Part shown: one piece after another, positions 38,119-43,241 of the stretch | How positions within the stretch are numbered: the first letter of the stretch is position 1 | Layout of the letters: each line of letters begins with the position of its first letter | Origin: Oscillospiraceae bacterium | GTDB lineage: Bacteria; Bacillota; Clostridia; Oscillospirales; Oscillospiraceae | Length of the DNA: 43,241 bases | Reading direction: 5' to 3' | NCBI GenBank assembly: GCA_045617565.1 | Contig: JAZLIU010000173.1 | Coordinates: 1-43,241, forward strand | The notes under the pieces: generated by a model | The model's input: only the letters and a program-made list of their open reading frames with translations | Told to the model about the DNA's origin: nothing | Database searches by the model: none | Program-made: the position numbers and the translations under genes

Positions 38119-40503
38119 TTATTTGACCGCAAGCGCCCCGACCTGTTCAAAGAAGGCCTGCGCCGTCTCGTCCGGCTCGACGGGCATCAGCGCGGCGGCG
38201 TTGTGCGCCTGCAGCATCGCGCGGTACTCCTGCAGCTTACCGGCGAGCGAACCGTCGTCGCTTTGCAGGGGACTTGCCTCACCGCTGTCGAAAAACGCCT
38301 GCTTCAAAAGCGCGGCGCAGCGGTTCCACGTCTCCGCGTCGGTGGCGGAATAGGTCGCGCCGAGCATCGCCTCGTCGATGGCGGCCGCATACTGCTCCGT
38401 TTGCAGATAGTAAGCGACCAGCTTGCGCGGAATGGTGTTGGACTGCACGGCGGCGAGCTGCGCGGCATAGTCATTGGCGCGGGCGATGAAAATCTCCTGC
38501 CCGACATCCGCGGCATTGAGCACATAGGACAGCTTCGCGTCATTCCGCTCATAAAAATCCAGACGGACGGCTGTATCCTGATTGCGGAAGAACGCGTCTA
38601 TCACGGTGACCGGCCTGCTGCTGAGCGAATTGGCGTAGAGATTTCCGCACAGCGTCAGTGCTACGCAGGCGCTCAGCGCGATGCCGCCGATGCGCACCGG
38701 AGAGAGCGCGTCGCTTTGCCGCGCTTTCTTTTTTGCCTGTTTTCCCTGCTTCGCCGGCGCCTCCGCGTCCTCCCGTTTTTTCAGCGGCTCGGCGCAGGTG
38801 CCGACGATCAGACCGTAGGTCGCGTAAGCCATGCAGGTGAACACCACGCAGGACATTGACACGTCCCAAAACATCTGCGCGCAGCTCATCACGAACTCGG
38901 CGCACAGTGCGCCGTAGAGCTCGGTGAACTCGCCCTGCGCTGCCTGCTTCCTTTTTTTCCAAAGCGCGGCAGCCAGCGCAAGCAGTGCGCCGAGGTAGAG
39001 CGTGAAGCCGATCACTCCGTCCTCCAGCAGGACCTGGATATAATGGTTGTGGACATATTTGGTCTCGTAGAAATAGTCCTGCACAGCGGTCGCGCCGGTC
39101 TCAAACGCGCCCACACCGTTGCCGACGAGGGGGGAGCGCCGGAAGAGCTTCATGCCATCCTCCCAGAAAATGCGGCGCTCGATCTGCGAGCGGTTCGCCG
39201 TCAGATTCTGAATTCGGATGCCGATAAAGCCCGGCAGAAGCCGATAATACAGCGGCAGCGTCTTCTGCCCGTCCAAAACGGCGCTGCGCAGCACAACGCC
39301 CTCCTCCGCGGAAAAGGCGAAATTGGTGATTTCCGCATCCTGCGGCACGGTGAACGTGATTTCCGTCTCTGTGCCGTCATAGTCCGCGTCGGAATTGTAT
39401 TGAAGGAGCTCCAGCCGGTTCTGGGAATAGATATAGCTGTTCACCTCGCCGTCCGCGTCGATGTAAAGCGTGTGCTCGCCCGGCGCAAGCACCGCGCTGC
39501 GCGCAAGCGGCTCGCCGAAGGTATACGCGCCCGTGACCGTCGCGCCGAGACCGACATACGCAGCGCACAGTACAACGGCGGCAAGGATAAACACAAACGT
39601 CAGCTTCTGCTTCTCTCCGAACACGGCGCCGAGCTTTTCCGCGGCGGACAGCTCCAGCGCGGTGGTCACCGCCGCATTGAGCAGCATCAGCGTCAGCGGG
39701 ACGAACGCAAGGCCGTCTCGGTTAAAGAACCGCGCGGCAAGAAACACGAAAACCAGCGTCGGGGCGGCAGCCTCCAGCATCCGCACGAGTACCGCGCCGC
39801 GGCTCTTGCCCGCCGCGACGAGATACACGAGGACCGCCGCGGCAAAGCAAACGATCGCGCCCATGCTGAACGCGAGCAGAAACGCGAAAGCGTTGAACGA
39901 AAGCGTCACAGCGAAGAGGATACGCTCCCGCTTCTCCGCCGCACCGCACAGCAGGGCGAGGGAGAAAAAGATGCCGATGGCAAAGATCGACGCCTCGATG
40001 TTGGCGTTGCCGAAAATGCCGTTCATGCGCGCGCCGTTGAAGCCCATCTCTATCCCGCCTGCGCCGGGCAGCACCAACCGGCTCAGCCCGATCGACGCCG
40101 CCTCCACGCTCAAAAACGCGTAGAGCGCGGACACACCGCTCACGATCCCCATCACGCGGCGGGCGAACGCGCGGTCCATGCGTTCGCGCAGCGCGATGAA
40201 GAAAAACACCGCCAGCGCGGTAATGACCTTGGAAAACTCGCGCAGATGGAATTTGCCCGCCATCGCCCAAAAGACCGTCAGCCACGAGAAGAGCGCGTAG
40301 GCGCACAGCAGCAGCGTCGGCAGCGTGCAGCGTTTCTCCCTCCCGCGAAGCGCGAGCATGACGATAATGCCGAGCAGCGCGGCAAGCGTGATCCACTTGC
40401 TGCCAAGCCCCGCAAAGTGCAGGTATCCCAGCATGGTGAACGCAAGGCAGAGCAGCCCGTCCTTCCATGTGCTCCCGCCCTTCATGATGCTGCCTGTTTT
40501 CAT
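38119..40503 (-). CDS. O-antigen ligase (WaaL/Wzy_C)-family membrane protein; candidate oligosaccharyltransferase
   Basis: Many TM segments; RMNGIFGNAN, SMGA, R..FWEDG, PLVGNGVGAF, YVHNHYIQVLLEDGVIG. Confidence 0.85.
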   Translation of the reverse strand: MKTGSIMKGGSTWKDGLLCLAFTMLGYLHFAGLGSKWITLAALLGIIVMLALRGREKRCTLPTLLLCAYALFSWLTVFWAMAGKFHLREFSKVITALAVFFFIALRERMDRAFARRVMGIVSGVSALYAFLSVEAASIGLSRLVLPGAGGIEMGFNGARMNGIFGNANIEASIFAIGIFFSLALLCGAAEKRERILFAVTLSFNAFAFLLAFSMGAIVCFAAAVLVYLVAAGKSRGAVLVRMLEAAAPTLVFVFLAARFFNRDGLAFVPLTLMLLNAAVTTALELSAAEKLGAVFGEKQKLTFVFILAAVVLCAAYVGLGATVTGAYTFGEPLARSAVLAPGEHTLYIDADGEVNSYIYSQNRLELLQYNSDADYDGTETEITFTVPQDAEITNFAFSAEEGVVLRSAVLDGQKTLPLYYRLLPGFIGIRIQNLTANRSQIERRIFWEDGMKLFRRSPLVGNGVGAFETGATAVQDYFYETKYVHNHYIQVLLEDGVIGFTLYLGALLALAAALWKKRKQAAQGEFTELYGALCAEFVMSCAQMFWDVSMSCVVFTCMAYATYGLIVGTCAEPLKKREDAEAPAKQGKQAKKKARQSDALSPVRIGGIALSACVALTLCGNLYANSLSSRPVTVIDAFFRNQDTAVRLDFYERNDAKLSYVLNAADVGQEIFIARANDYAAQLAAVQSNTIPRKLVAYYLQTEQYAAAIDEAMLGATYSATDAETWNRCAALLKQAFFDSGEASPLQSDDGSLAGKLQEYRAMLQAHNAAALMPVEPDETAQAFFEQVGALAVK

Positions 40504-40568
40504 TTCAATTCTCCGTTTCCCGAATTCTATCTGATTTCCGAATTCTATTTTTTATGTGGTATAATGAC

Positions 40569-40597
40569 ATTTTACCGTGTTCCCGTGCCGATGTCAA
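40569..40597 (-). promoter_or_regulatory. Near-consensus sigmaA promoter of the ligase gene
   Basis: TTGACA-17 nt-TAAAAT on the - strand. Confidence 0.85.
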
Positions 40598-40629
40598 GGC
40601 GCGCCCCCCGCACCGCGCCGCAGCGGCGC

Positions 40630-40665
40630 AAAAAAGACCCCCGCTCTTGCGAGCGGGGGTCTTTT
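40630..40665 (-). terminator. Rho-independent terminator of the S-layer gene
   Basis: AAAAGACCCCCGCTC-ttgc-GAGCGGGGGTCTTTT. Confidence 0.9.
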
Positions 40666-40720
40666 CATGTCTCAGTTTTCAGCGCAGGGCCGAAACCCTT
40701 GACGATTTGGTTTGGATCAA

Positions 40721-43150
40721 TTACTGACCGTCCTTAACAATGTAGACGTACAGGGCGTTGTTGGTATCATCGTCATAGAGGACGGAAATGGTAACGCCGT
40801 GGCCGCAGTCATCCATGTAGTTGTCAAGATCGGTGAAGTTCGCGATCTCGGTGTTGATCGTGCTGTCGGTAACAACGAACACGGTCTCGCCGGTCGTTCT
40901 GACAGCCGCGCCGGTGTTAGCGAGGACGATCACGTTGCTCTTGGCAGCGGTATCATCGGCGTCGATGTAGACGTTTTCAGCAGACTGGACGTCTTCGTTC
41001 GTGTCGACGTAGTGGTTACCGGCGAGGATGTAAGCGCCCTCGATCTGGGTGTCCTTCTCGATCAGATAGAACGCACCCACAGTACCGGCGTCCTTGGTGA
41101 TGAAGTCACCGAGCGGCTCGCCGTCGACATAGGCGTCATAGCCCTTCATGTTGTTCACGGTCTTACCGTCAACATCCTTGGCAGTGCCGTTGGTGAAGAC
41201 TTCCTTGGTCAGGAGGATCAGTCCATTGGTGCTGCTGAGCGTGTTGTTGGGCTTTTCGAGGACGAACATCGCGTCGACCAGACCGTCGCTGTCGGTCATC
41301 CAGAAGATATCGGTGTTGGCGACGATCTTCTTGACCGCGTTCTCGGTGGAGGTCTTGTAAGTTCCGTTGTTGTTATAGACGTAGGTGACCGTCACGTCGT
41401 CAGCGAAGAAGTAGGGGGTGCCATTCGCATTGAACTTCAGAGCGCCTGCGGCAACATCCTCAGTAAGCTTATAGGCAGTCTTGTAGGTGAGGTCGTATTC
41501 GCTGCTGTCAGCGGCATAGGCATAGACCGTGTTCACAGAAGCATTGTTGTCCGCGTCCTTAGGATCGATGGTGCCGACGGTGCCGTCAGCATAGACGACC
41601 TTCAGCATTGTCACGAGCTCGCCGTTGTCGAGACCCAGATAGTTCTTGAGGACGACGCAGTAGTCGTGGTCGGTGAGGGTGCTGCCGGTGCCGTAAGCAT
41701 AGCCGTATTCATCGAGGTACAGGGTTTGGGTTTTATCGCTGACAGAGCCGAGGCAGCTCTCGTTCATCTTGCCGGCGGAATAGGTGGTGCCGTCGAACTT
41801 GCAGCTGGTGGTGCCGGCGAAGGTCATCAGGCCTTCAGCGGTGACGGGAGCCTTGATGGAGGTAGCGTAATCGAAGCCAACGTTGTTGGCGGTGACCAGG
41901 AAGTAATCGCCAACCTCGGCGTCGGCATAAACGGCACCGAAGCCGATGGTGTCTTCATTGGCGGTATAGGTGCCGGTACCCTTGGTGGCCTCGAGGGTCA
42001 GGGCAGCCTCGTTGACGAGCTTGGTGGAGGCCTTGTCCTTGGTCACAGCGGTGACCTTGGCGAGCTGATACTCAGCCACGGTGACGCGATTGAGGAAATC
42101 GTCGCTGTCAGCGTAGAAGTTGGTGACGATACCGTTGCCGCCGAGCTTGGTGTTGTCCTTGATCAGCCTCTTCATCGCGTTGTAATCTTTGGTGTCGGAT
42201 GCGCACGCGTAACCGTTGGTGTAGATGGTGACAAACTTTTCGAGGTTGTTTTCGACAGTGTCGATCTCAACGCCGGCGGCAGCGAGGTCTTCCTTGGCCT
42301 GAGCCCAGGTCCAGGAGGTGGTGTAGGTCAGAACGGGAGTGTCGGTGTAGGTGCCGACCTTGGCGTTCTTGTAGACCCACTTGTGGGCGGGATTGGCGAG
42401 CTTGTCGTTAGCGGGGTCGGAGGACAGCTTGCCGTCATAGAGGTCAGCATACAGGCTGTGGTCGTTCTGAACGAAGCCGGTCGCGGGGTTCTTAACAGCC
42501 TTGCCGTTGGCGTTGGTGACGATCATGTTATCGGAGTTGACGGTCAGACCGTAGCCGGTGTAGGTGTAAACGGGCTGAGCCTTGAGGGCGTTGAACGCGA
42601 TCTGAGCAGCGCCTTCGCGGGTCAGACCATCGTTGAAGGAGCCGCTGAAGCCCTTGGAGAGCTTGTTCTCCTTGACGAGCTTGGCGGTGCTGATGCTCCA
42701 GTTCGTGCCGACGAGCTTCTCGAACTCAACATCGTAGCCGAGGACGACGAGCAGCATCTTGGCGAACTGATAGCCGGTGACCTGAGCGTCGGGGGCGAAC
42801 TGGCCGTTGCCGACGCCTGCGACGATCTCAGCGTCAGCGCAGTAGGCGACGTACTTGGCAGCCCAGTGGGTTGCGGGAACATCGCTGAACAGCTGAACAG
42901 CGGGGAGCGCCTCGGCAACAGACTCACCCAGATCAAGATAAGCAATGATCTTGGTGGCCTGAGCACGGGTCAGGTTCTGGTCGGGGTAGAAATTGCCGGA
43001 GCCGTCGCCGACGAAAACGCCGACAGCGGACAGAACGTCGACAGCTTCCTTGTAGTCGACGTCGGCAGCATCGTCAAATGCTGCGTTGCTGGTGACGCAA
43101 AGGCTGAGAACCATAACCATTGCGAGGACCAGCGCGAGTAACTTTTTCAT
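40721..43150 (-). CDS. S-layer protein with signal peptide and N-terminal SLH domains
   Basis: MKKLLALVLAMVMVLSL signal; SLH motifs FYPDQNLTRAQA, FSDVPATHWA, LTREGAA; strong codon bias; RBS GAAAGGAG; T/A/D/V/Y-rich body. Confidence 0.9.
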   Translation of the reverse strand: MKKLLALVLAMVMVLSLCVTSNAAFDDAADVDYKEAVDVLSAVGVFVGDGSGNFYPDQNLTRAQATKIIAYLDLGESVAEALPAVQLFSDVPATHWAAKYVAYCADAEIVAGVGNGQFAPDAQVTGYQFAKMLLVVLGYDVEFEKLVGTNWSISTAKLVKENKLSKGFSGSFNDGLTREGAAQIAFNALKAQPVYTYTGYGLTVNSDNMIVTNANGKAVKNPATGFVQNDHSLYADLYDGKLSSDPANDKLANPAHKWVYKNAKVGTYTDTPVLTYTTSWTWAQAKEDLAAAGVEIDTVENNLEKFVTIYTNGYACASDTKDYNAMKRLIKDNTKLGGNGIVTNFYADSDDFLNRVTVAEYQLAKVTAVTKDKASTKLVNEAALTLEATKGTGTYTANEDTIGFGAVYADAEVGDYFLVTANNVGFDYATSIKAPVTAEGLMTFAGTTSCKFDGTTYSAGKMNESCLGSVSDKTQTLYLDEYGYAYGTGSTLTDHDYCVVLKNYLGLDNGELVTMLKVVYADGTVGTIDPKDADNNASVNTVYAYAADSSEYDLTYKTAYKLTEDVAAGALKFNANGTPYFFADDVTVTYVYNNNGTYKTSTENAVKKIVANTDIFWMTDSDGLVDAMFVLEKPNNTLSSTNGLILLTKEVFTNGTAKDVDGKTVNNMKGYDAYVDGEPLGDFITKDAGTVGAFYLIEKDTQIEGAYILAGNHYVDTNEDVQSAENVYIDADDTAAKSNVIVLANTGAAVRTTGETVFVVTDSTINTEIANFTDLDNYMDDCGHGVTISVLYDDDTNNALYVYIVKDGQ

Positions 43151-43241
43151 AATACGTTACTCTCCTTTCATGTATGTCAGACCTTTGGCGGCGTTCAGCG
43201 TTTCTCGGCTTACTTACCGTGGCTAGCCGTTCCCGTAACTA

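Noticed and set aside
40712..43141. 809-aa + strand ORF mirroring the S-layer gene
   Set aside because: Antisense shadow caused by the strong codon bias of the S-layer gene; no RBS or motifs.

Overview
GC-rich chromosomal segment, probably from a Clostridia/Oscillospiraceae-like firmicute (inferred from the SLH S-layer gene, sigmaA promoters and SPP1/PBSX-type phage genes). Left to right: (1) a stand-alone phage-type primase-helicase fusion with its own promoter and terminator (88-1941). (2) A ~32 kb + strand surface-glycan locus (2120-34082) encoding a priming phosphoglycosyltransferase, 7 glycosyltransferases, Wzx, pathways for UDP-L-FucNAc (fnlABC), a dTDP-3-amino-3,6-dideoxyhexose (rmlAB, fdtAB), a UDP-2,3-diamino-glucuronate (wbpABE) and GDP-L-fucose (gmd, fcl, manCAB), plus tailoring enzymes; no Wzy/Wzz/LCP gene was recognised. 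(3) A compact - strand operon of phage structural genes (portal, mini scaffold, YmfQ-Kelch-like fusion, XkdW-like, XkdX) with no capsid, terminase or integrase. (4) A WaaL-like ligase beside an SLH S-layer gene. Best sequence-level findings: an (AG)13 tract holding an acyltransferase-3 gene out of frame; a C10 tract that would switch stop/start coupling to the next gene; a WbpD-like N-terminus fused to a low-GC formyltransferase; and two GT2 genes sharing a ~97% identical 5' third. Together these suggest a switchable, recombination-diversified S-layer glycosylation system flanked by possibly domesticated phage modules. All family assignments come from motif recognition by eye; no searches were run.
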